Made by a program: the position numbers and the translations under genes
The notes under the pieces: model-generated
Told to the model about the DNA's origin: nothing
What the model saw: the letters and a program-made list of their open reading frames with translations, nothing else
Databases searched by the model: none
Part shown: positions 8,741 through 18,629 of the stretch, in pieces
Position numbering within the stretch: position 1 is the stretch's first letter
Layout: the number at the start of each line of letters is the position of its first letter
NCBI GenBank assembly: GCA_963749445.1
Contig: CAVVMJ010000010.1
Span: forward strand, 43,913 to 107,912
Length of the DNA stretch: 64,000 bases
Reading direction: 5' to 3'
Source: an uncultured bacterium
GTDB lineage: Bacteria; Patescibacteriota; Doudnabacteria; UBA920

Positions 8741-10255
8741 TTAATTTTCCACTTGCGTTAGCTGGCCAAACACCACCAAACGATATTTCGTGGAACCAAC
8801 CGGCCAGCAGGTGGACAAAGCCACCACGCTCTGGCTGCTGTTTTTAAACTGCGCCTGGTCGCTCGGGCTGTATTGCTGGCGGCCGACCACCACATAATGA
8901 AGCACGTGGGTCTTGCCGTCTGTGGTGGTTACGGTAATGCTGAACGAAGTGTCGTCGGCCAGTTTATCCAGCTGGGTAAAAACGTGATTATAATTGCCTT
9001 TGGCCCAGGAATAATTGCTGGAGTGGCCTGAAATGTAAGTAGTGCCGATTTCGCCGGGCAAAGCCGTGCCGGGATAATGGATGACGCCGCTCTGCAAATC
9101 AGTATTAAAATTTTTGGGGTCCGTGCTCCAAATTAAAGGCGCGTCAATTTTTAATGACGGGATGGAAAGTTTACCCGGAATATTTTGGTTGATATCCAAA
9201 TTTGAACCGCCTAGTTGCTGCCCGGCAGGCAAAGCCACTGGCGGATTCTGCACGGTTGAATTTTGAACGGTCGGATTCTGATTCTGCGCAGTTGAATTCT
9301 GCGCGGCCGGCTGCCCGGCGGCTTGCGAACTGCCGTTTACAGACGGCGCAACCTGTGCCGTTGGCGTACCAAAACCATAATTGCCGACTACGGCGCCGGT
9401 TTGCGCCCCGGCCACCTGGCCGCTTTTTTGCATTTGCGCCAAAGTCTGGCGGTTGGAAATGACTTCAAAATCAAAATACTTATCAATAATCGCCTGCTGG
9501 GCCGAGGTCAGCTTTAAACCGCTGGTCGGGTCAATGCCGGCCTGTAGTGCGTCGCTGTCAGACATGCCGAGACCCATGGTATCGTAAGACTTGGGGTTCA
9601 AATTCAAAAGATATTTCTGGAAGTTGGACAAGCCGTTTCCGGAATTATCCGCGTTGGGATCCAAAACTGATGCTTGGGAAACATCATAATAAAACTGGCC
9701 AATCCATTGCTGATAGCCGGACAGGTTCCCCTGCTGCAGCTGGGCCAAAGAATTCTGCTTTGGCGTTTCGGCCTGGGCTTGGGGTTTTGTCAAAAAACCA
9801 AAATTTAAACTCGCGCCGCTGAAAAAATAAAGATAAACAAACAGGGCCACGGTAAACACCGCCACGTAAGGCGTAACGTTTTTAACGAGGTTCAAAATTT
9901 TATTGCCGCCGGAAGGCGGAGACTGATGCAAATCGCTAATATGTACCGGATCCGGTCCGTGATTAACCGCTTCATCATGCGCGGAGCCAACGCCGGGCAA
10001 ATCGCCAAAAACGGAGTGCTTGTCAGCGTTGTCCAACACCTCGCCCAAATCCACACCCGCGCCTTGGGCAAACAAACTCTTGCCCTCCGGCGCCTTGCCG
10101 AAACCGTCTTTATAACCGGGATCAACGCCGGCGCTGGACGGAGGCGTTTGAGGCGTTAGAGAGAGCGGAATGGGCATACCGAACAACTTGGCAACTTCCG
10201 GAGTTGCCGCCGGGTATTTTTTGGCCAAATTGTCTGTAGGATTATTGTCGCTCAT
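8741..10255 (-). CDS. sortase-family transpeptidase with long N-terminal membrane anchor and low-complexity linker
   Basis: C-terminal sortase domain with His in ISGHSS, active-site Cys in VALSTCWP (TLXTC-type) and Arg in RLVVFG. TM segment near residue 135. Confidence 0.7.
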   Translation of the reverse strand: MSDNNPTDNLAKKYPAATPEVAKLFGMPIPLSLTPQTPPSSAGVDPGYKDGFGKAPEGKSLFAQGAGVDLGEVLDNADKHSVFGDLPGVGSAHDEAVNHGPDPVHISDLHQSPPSGGNKILNLVKNVTPYVAVFTVALFVYLYFFSGASLNFGFLTKPQAQAETPKQNSLAQLQQGNLSGYQQWIGQFYYDVSQASVLDPNADNSGNGLSNFQKYLLNLNPKSYDTMGLGMSDSDALQAGIDPTSGLKLTSAQQAIIDKYFDFEVISNRQTLAQMQKSGQVAGAQTGAVVGNYGFGTPTAQVAPSVNGSSQAAGQPAAQNSTAQNQNPTVQNSTVQNPPVALPAGQQLGGSNLDINQNIPGKLSIPSLKIDAPLIWSTDPKNFNTDLQSGVIHYPGTALPGEIGTTYISGHSSNYSWAKGNYNHVFTQLDKLADDTSFSITVTTTDGKTHVLHYVVVGRQQYSPSDQAQFKNSSQSVVALSTCWPVGSTKYRLVVFGQLTQVEN

Positions 10256-10339
10256 AAATCTAAAAATGCCTTATTTATGATGATTTTACTAAATATTAAC
10301 CGGTACGTTAACATCACATATTAGCACATTTATATATAT

Positions 10340-10368
10340 TTGTCAAGTCCATAGTTTTGATGTAAAAT
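10340..10368 (+). promoter_or_regulatory. sigma70-like promoter for the CAP-domain gene
   Basis: TTGTCA, 17 nt, TAAAAT, with the ATG about 10 nt downstream. Confidence 0.4.
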
Positions 10369-10378
10369 ACCTTTAGGT

Positions 10379-11518
10379 ATGCTATCAAAATCCCCATCTG
10401 AACAAACTTTAACAGCCAGGCGCAAGCCACTGCCGACCCACGGCTTTTTACTGATTTTACTGATAATCTTTGTTGCCTTCAAGCTTGTATTGGCACTGGC
10501 GCTACCGCAAAGCGCGGTTTTTGCCTCTGACCTTACCATAGACAACATCCTTTCGGCTGTAAATAGCCAACGGAGCCAGCGCAACCTTGTTACGCTCAAC
10601 ACGGACAGCCGCTTAAGCAGCGCCGCGCAAAGCAAAGCCGACGATATGCAGGCGCGACACTATTTCGCGCACGTTGATCCGGACGGCAATTATATTTGGC
10701 CAAAAATCGTGGCCGCCGGTTACACGCCTTATTTGGAACTCGGGGAAAACTTGGCCATTGAATTTTACGATACAGATAGTTTGATATCCGCCTGGATGAA
10801 CAGCCCAACGCACCGCGCCAACATTTTAAACGACGGTTTCCAGGACCAGGGCATGGGTCTGGACTTTGGCGACGCTAATAGCGGCCAATACCATTCGGTG
10901 GTGGCCAATACCTTTGGAACGCTGCTGTTGGCAAAAAAAGTAGAGGCCGCACCTCAGACGACCAAGTTTACCCCGACTACAGCGTCGGGGCCGGCCGTGT
11001 CCGGCGCCAGCGAAAAAACCCCGACGCAAACGGCTCCAAAAAATACTGCCCAACCCAAACCCAAGGCCCCGCCTACCGCCCCGCCCGCTGCCGCCCAACC
11101 GGAGCCAGAGGCAACTTCGGCTCCAGCCACAACCACGGCACAAAATAATCCCGCCCCTGCTCCGGAACCTGTTGCTAATCCGGTTAATCCCCGCGGCGAT
11201 TATGCCATGGGCCTGAGCCCAAGCCAACCCGAAGCCAGTACGGCCCAAGCGCAAACTTCCCAACCGGTTTCGTCATCTTCACCCCCCGCCCTGACCACGG
11301 CGCCGGCCATAGTGAACACCGAATCCCAAAACCCGCTGGCAAACTTCCAAACCAACCGCTATTTTACGTTGGCCTTTGGCATCGTCTTATTTTTATTTTT
11401 ACTCACCGACCTGCGCGGCATAATGAAACAAAAATCCGAACTCGTCGGCAAAAAAATCAACAACCTGACGCTCCTGTTTTTGGCTTTGGTCGTGATTGCG
11501 ATGATGTACTGGCTGTAA
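10379..11518 (+). CDS. CAP/SCP/PR1-like domain protein (YkwD-like) with Pro/Ala/Thr-rich linker and C-terminal membrane anchor
   Basis: HYFAHVDPDG ... WMNSPTHRANIL motifs typical of the CAP superfamily. N-terminal TM/signal segment and C-terminal TM. Confidence 0.7.
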   Translation: MLSKSPSEQTLTARRKPLPTHGFLLILLIIFVAFKLVLALALPQSAVFASDLTIDNILSAVNSQRSQRNLVTLNTDSRLSSAAQSKADDMQARHYFAHVDPDGNYIWPKIVAAGYTPYLELGENLAIEFYDTDSLISAWMNSPTHRANILNDGFQDQGMGLDFGDANSGQYHSVVANTFGTLLLAKKVEAAPQTTKFTPTTASGPAVSGASEKTPTQTAPKNTAQPKPKAPPTAPPAAAQPEPEATSAPATTTAQNNPAPAPEPVANPVNPRGDYAMGLSPSQPEASTAQAQTSQPVSSSSPPALTTAPAIVNTESQNPLANFQTNRYFTLAFGIVLFLFLLTDLRGIMKQKSELVGKKINNLTLLFLALVVIAMMYWL

Positions 11519-11576
11519 TGACCAATAAAAAAATTGAAAGATTGAAAATTGAAAGATTATGGGACTTTACGAATCC

Positions 11577-12564
11577 TTAAATCTTTAAATCATTCAATCT
11601 CTCAATTGGACTTATCATCGCATAATTGCACCCGTCCAGAATCCGCGCGCGGAAGTTGGTTACGGAAATCACCATGGCCGCAACCAAAACACTAATCAAT
11701 AAAATCTCAATAAAACTTTGGCGGGTCAAAGCGCCGTCCAGCCGATAATGGAACACGCCCCAGAACAGGTTGTAAGCCGCGGTCATAAAAATAGCGCCTG
11801 TAAAATAATTGTAGCCCCAGCGCACGTACACCAATTGGCCGATTATGGCCATTAATACGGCAATAATCAGCGCCGAAGCGATAGTGTAAAAATTCACCCG
11901 GCGGTGCTGGTAAAGCGCCTGGTAAATCAACAGAAAAGTAAAACACAACACTTCAACGCTGAAATACCAGGCCGGCAGGCAATTATAGCGGAGCCAGGAC
12001 AAAGCGGCCGCGTAAAGTACGCCGACCGCGTAAATTTTGACCACGGTTAAAACCACAAAAATGTCGCGGTCCACGATTTCCCTGCGCCGGTAAAAAATTT
12101 CCTTTAAGTACCAATAATAAAGTAATTAGCGCCGCGGATGACAAAAGCAGGACGGTCTGCTGGATTTTGACAAAACCGAAATTGACGTAAAACAGGGACA
12201 CCGTGGCCCAAAAAATAAATCCGGGCAAAAGCAAAAAATGCAGCCATTGCCGAACGTATGACCAGCGGCGCAGGTGCTCAAAGCGATCCCAAAAAGCGGA
12301 AAAAATTATTTGCCCGTTGCGGTGCAACCTGGAAATTGTGTTTTGGTGCTTGCGTTTGGCCCGCTGCCAGCTGCCGCGCTTTTTAAAATGCAAATCAAAG
12401 AAAAAAACAATATTAAAAATCAAGTATACAAATATCCAAAAAGCCACATTCAAATAAGTGGCCGGCTGGTTAAGATTTAAAATGTAAACCAGCGCTTCAA
12501 AACCACCCAGCACGGCCAGGGCGATGACAAAAAGGGCAACGGTTTTTTGGGTTTTTTGGGTCAT
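11577..12564 (-). CDS. polytopic membrane protein, apparently one gene split by a frameshift near 12075-12125
   Basis: ORFs 11983..12564 and 11577..12074 are both multi-TM. The frame of the downstream ORF stays open upstream as LLYYWYLKEIFYRRREIV, while the upstream ORF tail becomes nonsense. Confidence 0.4.
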
Positions 12565-12640
12565 GATAGCGATCCTAATCTACGAATAACATCCGAATTA
12601 TCCGATTCGCAAAAGTCCCCGGGATTCGGAACATTCGGAT

Positions 12641-13372
12641 TTAATTCGTAACATTCGGATCGGATAATGCTTTGCGCCGCATCAGCTCTCCCGCTCGGAA
12701 AAGTGATTCAAAAGTGCCGGCGTCTATCCATTCCCCTGTTACCAAATCTACTTTCAGCTCGTCTTTTTTTAAATACCAATTGTGGATTTCGGTAATTTCC
12801 AACTCGCCGCGCTCCGAAGGCTTAGCCTGTTTGGCCGCCTCGGCTACGCGGTTGTCAAACAAGTAAAGCCCCGTAATGGCGAAATCCGACAAATATTTTT
12901 TTGGTTTTTCCTCAATTTTTACGGCATTCATTTTGCCGTCAAATTTGACCACGCCAAAACGCTGCGGGTCCGGAACTTTTTTGGCGAATATGTGGCCGCC
13001 GCTTTTAAACTTGCGGATGGTGGCCGAAAAATCGTCTTCAAAAATATTGTCCCCCAAAATCATACAAACGTTGTCGCTGCCAATGAAGTCTTTACCGATA
13101 ATAAACGCGTGCGCCAGGCCTTCGGGCTTGTCCTGGATTTCGTAAGCGATGCGGCAGCCAAATTCCCGGCCCGATCCTAGCAACTTCATATAATCGCCGG
13201 CGTGGTCCGGCGCGATTATGACCAAAATATCCTTAATACCGGCCTGCAGCAGCGTTTGCAGCGGATACAAAATCATCGGCTTGTCGTAAACCGGCAGTAG
13301 CTGTTTGGAAGTGACTTTGGTCAGCGGGTGCAGGCGCGTGCCTGTCCCGCCAGAAAGAATAATGCCTTTCAT
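12641..13372 (-). CDS. rfbA: glucose-1-phosphate thymidylyltransferase
   Basis: MKGIILSGGTGTRLHPLT...LPVYDKPMI N-terminus, diagnostic for RmlA. Start chosen at ATG 13372. Confidence 0.85.
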   Translation of the reverse strand: MKGIILSGGTGTRLHPLTKVTSKQLLPVYDKPMILYPLQTLLQAGIKDILVIIAPDHAGDYMKLLGSGREFGCRIAYEIQDKPEGLAHAFIIGKDFIGSDNVCMILGDNIFEDDFSATIRKFKSGGHIFAKKVPDPQRFGVVKFDGKMNAVKIEEKPKKYLSDFAITGLYLFDNRVAEAAKQAKPSERGELEITEIHNWYLKKDELKVDLVTGEWIDAGTFESLFRAGELMRRKALSDPNVTN

Positions 13373-13407
13373 ATCAACTTTATTTAATAATATGCGTTGC
13401 CGCAAAC

Positions 13408-13767
13408 CTATCTGCCCATTTCCCAAATGCTGATTAATATCCCGACAAAACATAATAACAAGAATAGCCAAATGAATGGCTTAAGGATCTTGCGCGCGGT
13501 AGTTTCTTTAACTTTTGAAACCGTGTGCTGCCGTAAGCCATCCTTCAAAATCTCCCGGGTCTGGTCAATAAATTGTTTTTTGACATATACACCCCAAGTC
13601 TCAAAGGGCAATACCGCATTGCCCCGGACTACGGACAAAGCTTCGGTTGCGTCATCTTGCTTTATAAGGGCATCGATGTTGGCCTGCTTAAGCAAAGCTT
13701 GCGCTATCTGAGCTTCGGGTCGACCAGTTGCCATAACTAAACAATATTGGGAAAAATCAATTGCCAT
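13408..13767 (-). CDS. small protein with C-terminal TM anchor (hypothetical)
   Basis: 119-aa ORF filling the rfbA-rfbD gap; C-terminal hydrophobic segment. Confidence 0.35.
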   Translation of the reverse strand: MAIDFSQYCLVMATGRPEAQIAQALLKQANIDALIKQDDATEALSVVRGNAVLPFETWGVYVKKQFIDQTREILKDGLRQHTVSKVKETTARKILKPFIWLFLLLCFVGILISIWEMGR

Positions 13768-14605
13768 ATTTGTCTGTTAAAAATTCTTTTAACGCCGCCT
13801 GCCATGGACGAAGTGGCGGCAGTTTGGTATTTAACAAAACCGCTTTTTTCGGCCGTTTGGCCTGACGTAAAAAGTCCGCAGACTTCACCGGAATCAAATT
13901 GATTTTTTTGCCCGCGATGTTAAAAATTTCTTTGGCAAAATCATACCAAGAAGCCTGCCCGCTGTTGATAATATGGTAAATGCCGTAAGGCAGCTTTTTG
14001 GTAATCAAACTTTCCACCGCTTTGGCCAAGTCAGCAACATAAGTCAAACTGTTGATTTCGTCATTTACCGCCTTAATTGTAGCAGTTTTTTCCGAAAGAC
14101 CCAACATCACATCTATAAAACTCTTTTCGCGATACTTGCTTTCCGCCTCCTGGCCGAACAAAACCGAAGTCCTGATAAGATAATACCTCAGACAGTTAGC
14201 CTGCAATAATTTCTCCCCTTCGTATTTGGACTTCGCATATACTGATATCGGATTGGGCTTGTCGGACTCTCGGTATTCGCCTTTGACTCCGTCAAACACA
14301 TAATTCGTGGAAAAATGCACCAACGGGATGCTGAATTTTTTGCAAGTCTTGGCAATATTGCCCACAGCTGCGGCGTTTATTGAAAAAGCCTGGTCCTTTT
14401 CTTTTTCCGCTCCGTCAACGTTATTATAGGCCGCGCAATTAATCAAGGCCGCGGGTTTTTGCCCGAGCGCCGCGATTTTATTTTCCAAATCTTCAGCGTT
14501 GACAATATCAATTTCCTGCCTGTCCCAACCCAAAGCGCGCGAAAAAGTTCTTTTCAATTCTCCTCCCAACATTCCCTGCGACCCTAAAATCAATATCGTG
14601 CCCAT
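13757..14605 (-). CDS. rfbD: dTDP-4-dehydrorhamnose reductase
   Basis: MGTILILGSQGMLGGEL Rossmann start; RmlD-like length and motifs. Confidence 0.75.
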   Translation of the reverse strand: MGTILILGSQGMLGGELKRTFSRALGWDRQEIDIVNAEDLENKIAALGQKPAALINCAAYNNVDGAEKEKDQAFSINAAAVGNIAKTCKKFSIPLVHFSTNYVFDGVKGEYRESDKPNPISVYAKSKYEGEKLLQANCLRYYLIRTSVLFGQEAESKYREKSFIDVMLGLSEKTATIKAVNDEINSLTYVADLAKAVESLITKKLPYGIYHIINSGQASWYDFAKEIFNIAGKKINLIPVKSADFLRQAKRPKKAVLLNTKLPPLRPWQAALKEFLTDKYGN

Positions 14606-14648
14606 AAAAGCCTGTCTAATATCAATTCTGGCCAGAATTGATATTAGA

Positions 14649-15182
14649 CTAGATAAAATTAAACTTTTTCCTTAAATCTTTATCACTGTCCATTTCTTCA
14701 ACTTTCAAAATTCGGATAAAAAGCAGCAGGCCTGTTTCTCTCAAATACATAATCGCCTCTCGGTTTAAAGGATACGGGCTGACATAAACGCTGTGCTGCA
14801 ATTTCTTAAAACCGTTTTTCTTGAGAAGGCTTCGAAAAAAATTGCGTTTATCTTCACTTTCTTCGGGAATATCAAACATTATTATTCGCCATTTGCCATC
14901 CCATTTTTTTGGCCGTTCCGGTAATCGAGCTTTTGACAACAATGCTTCAAGCTCGCCTTTTGCTGTCAGTCTTATAAAACGTTCATTATCTTTATTTACA
15001 TATTTAATCCAGCCTTTCGCCGCCAAATAACTGACAATTTTATAAAAATTTTTGTTGTCACCCAGCGGCTGCCCCTTATATAACCGCTTGCGCATTTCGT
15101 GGGGAGTAACCAAAAATGTATCCCCCGCAACCAGCAGGGACATCAATATTTTGCTAGTTAAAGTAAAATCTTTTTTTGCCAT
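14649..15182 (-). CDS. PaaX-like transcriptional regulator (winged HTH plus Cas2-like domain)
   Basis: N-terminal winged-HTH (FIRLTAKGELEAL). C-terminal WRIIMFDIPE...LQHSVYVS matches the Cas2/PaaX-middle-domain fold signature. Confidence 0.5.
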   Translation of the reverse strand: MAKKDFTLTSKILMSLLVAGDTFLVTPHEMRKRLYKGQPLGDNKNFYKIVSYLAAKGWIKYVNKDNERFIRLTAKGELEALLSKARLPERPKKWDGKWRIIMFDIPEESEDKRNFFRSLLKKNGFKKLQHSVYVSPYPLNREAIMYLRETGLLLFIRILKVEEMDSDKDLRKKFNFI

Positions 15183-15213
15183 TGTCTAATATAGTTTCCG
15201 GCCATAAATGATG

Positions 15214-16227
15214 TTAGATAAGATTTTTGCCGTATTGCTGCTTGTAATATTTCTGGTAATCCCCGCTCTTTACTCTTTTCCACCAACCCCGGTTGCTCTG
15301 ATACCAGTCCAAAGTTTTTTGCAAAGATTCGTCCAATCCGTATTTAGGCTGCCAGCCGAGCTCGCGGGTAATTTTGGAATGATCCAACGCGTACTTTTGA
15401 TCATGGCCCGGACGGTCGGCAACGAATTCTATCATTCCATCACTCTGCTTCATCATGACCAATAATTTCCTGATGATTTCCAAATTGCTGAATTCCGGAT
15501 TGTTAGGCCCGATAAAATAAGTCTCTCCCGCTTTGCCTTTTTCTAATATTGTTTCTATGCCGCTGCAGTGGTCTTCCACATAAAGCCATTCACGGATTTG
15601 GTTGCCGGGTTTATAAACCGGAACTTTTTTGCCTTCCAATAAATTGGTAATGGCCAGCGGGATTAGCTTTTCCGGAAACATATACGGGCCGATGTTATTG
15701 GCGCAATTGGAGATGGTTATAGGCAAACCATAGGTGTAATAATAAGCGCGGACAAGATGATCACTGGCCGCTTTGCTTGCCGAATACGGGCTGCGCGGAT
15801 TGTACGGACTCTCCTCTGTCCACTTTGTTTTGGAATCAAGGGGCAGCGATCCAAATACTTCATCAGTAGATACATGATGGAAGCGCTTTACCTGATATTT
15901 GCGGGCGGCTTTAAGCAACTCATGCGTACCAATAACATTTGTCCGGATAAAATCATCAGGGCCGGATATTGAACGGTCAACGTGCGTTTCGGCTGCAAAA
16001 TGGACAACAACCTCAACGCCCTGCATCGCCTTATTGACAGCCGCGGGGTCGCAAATGTCGCCTTTGATAAAAGTTATCTTATCCTTAACCGCAGCCAAAT
16101 TTTCCAAATTGCCGGCATAGGTTAATTTATCCAGCACGACAATTTTGTCGTCCGGATGATTCTTGACCCAATAATGGACAAAGTTGGAGCCAATAAACCC
16201 CGCCCCGCCGGTAATAAGAATCTTCAT
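15214..16227 (-). CDS. rfbB: dTDP-glucose 4,6-dehydratase
   Basis: MKILITGGAGFIGSNF...; YxxxK in YSASKAASD; 337 aa. Confidence 0.9.
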   Translation of the reverse strand: MKILITGGAGFIGSNFVHYWVKNHPDDKIVVLDKLTYAGNLENLAAVKDKITFIKGDICDPAAVNKAMQGVEVVVHFAAETHVDRSISGPDDFIRTNVIGTHELLKAARKYQVKRFHHVSTDEVFGSLPLDSKTKWTEESPYNPRSPYSASKAASDHLVRAYYYTYGLPITISNCANNIGPYMFPEKLIPLAITNLLEGKKVPVYKPGNQIREWLYVEDHCSGIETILEKGKAGETYFIGPNNPEFSNLEIIRKLLVMMKQSDGMIEFVADRPGHDQKYALDHSKITRELGWQPKYGLDESLQKTLDWYQSNRGWWKRVKSGDYQKYYKQQYGKNLI

Positions 16228-16228
16228 T

Positions 16229-16762
16229 TTATAAATTCTTTAATAGCTTAAAATAATACAAAGCCACCATAACCCAACCGTCGTGAATTTTGCCGCTTTT
16301 AATCATTTTGTCAATTTCTCCCAAGGTAAAACCTTTCATATATATGTCGGCTTCTCCGGATTCCAACTCAGGTTCACCAAATTTTAGCTTTTCGGCAAGA
16401 TAAATTTCCGTCAATTGGTTGTTTGAGCCATTTGAAGGGTTAAATTCCCCCAAATGAACCCATTTGGCCGCGGTAATCCCCGTCTCTTCCTTTAGCTCTT
16501 TTTTAGCCTGCACCAGGAAATTTTTGTTTTCCGCTCCTCCGGCGGGAAACTCCCAACTGCGTTTTTGGACAGGATATCGAAATTGATTAACCAAATAAAA
16601 TTTCTTTCCGTCAAAAGGAACAATCAGGACGCTGGGTTTCTTTTTTAACCAAAAATAAACTCCGTGGGCGCCGTCGGGTTTAATCACTTTGTCTTCATAG
16701 ACTGCGAATTTATAGCATTCATAAACTTTTTTACTGCTGATTTTTTTCCAGGATTTTTTCAT
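16229..16762 (-). CDS. NUDIX hydrolase
   Basis: Nudix box GGAENKNFLVQAKKELKEETGI. Confidence 0.75.
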   Translation of the reverse strand: MKKSWKKISSKKVYECYKFAVYEDKVIKPDGAHGVYFWLKKKPSVLIVPFDGKKFYLVNQFRYPVQKRSWEFPAGGAENKNFLVQAKKELKEETGITAAKWVHLGEFNPSNGSNNQLTEIYLAEKLKFGEPELESGEADIYMKGFTLGEIDKMIKSGKIHDGWVMVALYYFKLLKNL

Positions 16763-17822
16763 GGCTGCTTTAGCTGCCCCGCGGTTAAAGTCAAAGTCAT
16801 CTGGCTTTTGCCGCGAATGATTTTAACACTGATGTTATCCCCCGGCTTGGCTCCGGCCAAGGCCGCTTCCAAAGAATTATTGTCGTTGATGTCGGTTTGC
16901 CCCCAGGTCTGGATTACGTCATTTATCATAAATCCCGCTTTTTGCGCCGGCTGCCCCGAAGTGATGCTGACGACTTTCGCACCAGCAGCCGAACCCAAAG
17001 CCTGGCCCTCAGCCGGGCTCACCATCTTGTAGGAAAACCAAATTCGGGGCGAATAACTTGCCCTTGGTTATTCAAATACAAATTGTCTAAATTCTTAATT
17101 ACGTCAATGGAAACAATGTGCCCCGCATCCCACAAACCCAAAACCGCGCCGTTGGTATCGGCAACCGCGGTTCCCGGGAGCAAAGTGTCGCGATCCTGTA
17201 TGGTAAAAGTCCGACTCGGCATATCGGCGTTTTTTTCGCTCCAGCCTCCTTGCGTCTGGCTAATAAAACTGGCCTCAAACACAGCGGAAAAATTAGTCAG
17301 CTGCGGCGTGGCCAAAATAACCCGTTGTCCCGCGCTTGCGTCTTTGGAGCTCGCAAAATCCGCCACCGGCAAATTCTGCAAATCGGCTTTCAAAATCACC
17401 AAATCCGTCGCGTTATCCGGGGTTAATTTTACCACCGGAGCCAGAGTGCCGTCATCTAATTTTATTTTCAGATTGGATAATTTTTGGCCATCCACAGCGG
17501 ATTTTACGGTGACAAACAGCCCGTCGGAAGTTAAATTCAAAGCTCCGCCCAAAACCGTCACCTGGCCGCCGTTGTCGGATACCAGCAAACTTAACTTCGG
17601 ACGGATGGCGGCCAAAGCTTGCTGGACGTCGCCGCTGTCGCTAACTCGGACTTCCTCGCGGGTATTGATAACTATCGGCGCCTGCGGACTGACCAGCTTA
17701 TAACGGCTCAACAGAGGCAAAGTGGAAACTTTAGCAGTTAGCCAGCGGCCGAATAAGATGCTAAATAACTGCGACAATATGATAGCGGCTATGAGTACAA
17801 AGAAAACTCGCCTTTTATTCAT
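16759..17822 (-). CDS. membrane-anchored HtrA-like protein (trypsin-fold region plus C-terminal PDZ), split by a frameshift near 17019-17025
   Basis: ORF 17019..17822 has an N-terminal TM and a protease-like region. ORF 16759..17025 is a PDZ domain. The canonical GNSGG serine motif is not evident. Confidence 0.45.
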
Positions 17823-17828
17823 AAAAAT

Positions 17829-18629
17829 CTAGGTTAAAATCTTCCACGGGGTGGCTAAAGCAACAATAGTAATCGCCAACGCGACCAAAACTAAGTGAAA
17901 TTGGATTTTTTTGACGGTTAAAGTCTGGAACAAATGGTAGTAGTTTAAAATCAGGCAAAAATAAAACAGGCAAAGCAGTATCAGTCCCTGGGCCGAATAA
18001 TGAAGCGGCAAAAAACTTTCCGCCCAAAACAGCTCGGCGGAAAACAGGCTCAATGCCAGGGCCGCCACCCACTTGGTCTTATCCGGCTGGGGGACAAATT
18101 CGTAAAACGCGCGGCTAAGAAGCAAGGTCACAAAAAATACGCCGAGCAAATAGAGCGGCTGCAGGGAAAACTGCCAGTTGAGCAAATGCCAGCGGCCCAG
18201 ATGCACGGCAATTTGGTGAAAATCCGGAAAAAATTGTCCGGCGGCCGAAAGGCCCAGCAGCAAACCGAAAGCAATCAGCAGCGTTTCATTAATCACCATA
18301 TTTTCCGTGAAATTGCCCAAATTGACTTCCGCCAAAAAAATCACCACAGCCGCGCTGGCCAAAAACCAACCGCGGAACACGGGCGTGGGCAGCATAAAAA
18401 AAATCGCGAAGCCGCTGAAAAACTGCAGCACTGACCGCGTTAAAATCCAGGGGTTGTATTTTTGGACGGACAATAAATATTTTTTGTTATAGTAAGCCAC
18501 CGCGCCGCAAAACAACAAAAAAACCGGCAGCATGATGCGGAACACAGGCTGCGGATTTGACAAGCGCCAAAGGACTGCGGCATACAGCACCCCAATGACG
18601 GCGGAAATTATTTTATGTTTTTGGAACAT
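17829..18629 (-). CDS. polytopic membrane protein (hypothetical)
   Basis: 266-aa ORF with 7-8 predicted TM segments. Confidence 0.4.
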   Translation of the reverse strand: MFQKHKIISAVIGVLYAAVLWRLSNPQPVFRIMLPVFLLFCGAVAYYNKKYLLSVQKYNPWILTRSVLQFFSGFAIFFMLPTPVFRGWFLASAAVVIFLAEVNLGNFTENMVINETLLIAFGLLLGLSAAGQFFPDFHQIAVHLGRWHLLNWQFSLQPLYLLGVFFVTLLLSRAFYEFVPQPDKTKWVAALALSLFSAELFWAESFLPLHYSAQGLILLCLFYFCLILNYYHLFQTLTVKKIQFHLVLVALAITIVALATPWKILT

